Source: Heterodontus francisci (taxonomy: Eukaryota). Taken from it: 64,000 bases of DNA. Shown here piece after piece: positions 63,625 through 64,000 of the stretch. The position numbers and the translations under genes were made by a program. Numbering within the stretch: the first letter of the stretch is position 1; each line of letters begins with the position of its first letter. The DNA lies in contig NC_090413.1 in NCBI RefSeq assembly GCF_036365525.1, forward strand, positions 29,554,266 through 29,618,265. Direction: 5' to 3'. The notes below the pieces were generated by a model. That model did no database searches and was not told where the DNA came from. It saw only the letters and a program-made list of their open reading frames with translations.

Positions 63625-64000
63625 TTTGGGCCTCGCTGGTAAGGCCAGTACTGCGAATTCCCAATTGCCCCCAAGAAGATGGTGTGTCATCTTGAATTGC
63701 TGCAGTCCATCTGGTGGTGAAGGTATACGCACAGTGCTGCTGGGTAGTTACAAGATTTTGACCCAGTGAGTGAAGAAACGGTTATACTTTCAATTCAGTA
63801 TAGTATGGGACTTGGAGGGGTACTTGCAGGTGGTGGTGTTCCCATATGTCTGCTGCCCTTGTTCTTCTAGGTGGTAGGGGTCATATGTTTGGAAGGTGCT
63901 GTCGAAGGAGCCTTGGCAAGTTGCTGCAGCAAGCTTGTAGATGGTACACACTATGCTACTGTGCGCTAGTGGTGGATGGGGTGTCAATCAAGTAGGCTGC
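63625..64000 (-). mobile_element. 3' end of a CR1/L2-superfamily LINE (third copy), runs off window
   Basis: [17 protein letters not shown] translation, homologous to 27975-28590. Confidence 0.72.

Overview
Vertebrate genomic DNA, most likely from a cartilaginous fish (inferred from HE1/V-SINE and Deu-domain SINE families and the CR1/RTE/Penelope repertoire). Bases 1-24.7 kb are a 44-bp satellite array with higher-order structure. It carries two apparently identical, 5'-truncated RTE-clade LINE copies with the same 8-bp TSD and flanks, so one insertion was amplified as part of a 5,936-bp LINE+satellite unit. Four spliced genes can be read exon by exon: a GDNF-family ligand (persephin by synteny, +, 2 coding exons); ALKBH7 (-, 4 exons, convergent with PSPN); WDR83OS/Asterix (-, 4 exons, with a 10.5-kb 44-bp satellite and a 2.2-kb 24-bp minisatellite in its introns); and WDR83/MORG1 (+, first 6 exons, head-to-head with WDR83OS, 59 bp between start codons, two indels near a gap). 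The rest is nested CR1, L2/CR1-like, Penelope, SINE and solo-LTR sequence plus two N gaps. No prokaryotic-type system (CRISPR etc.) is present. Gene and repeat family names come from remembered sequences, not database searches.
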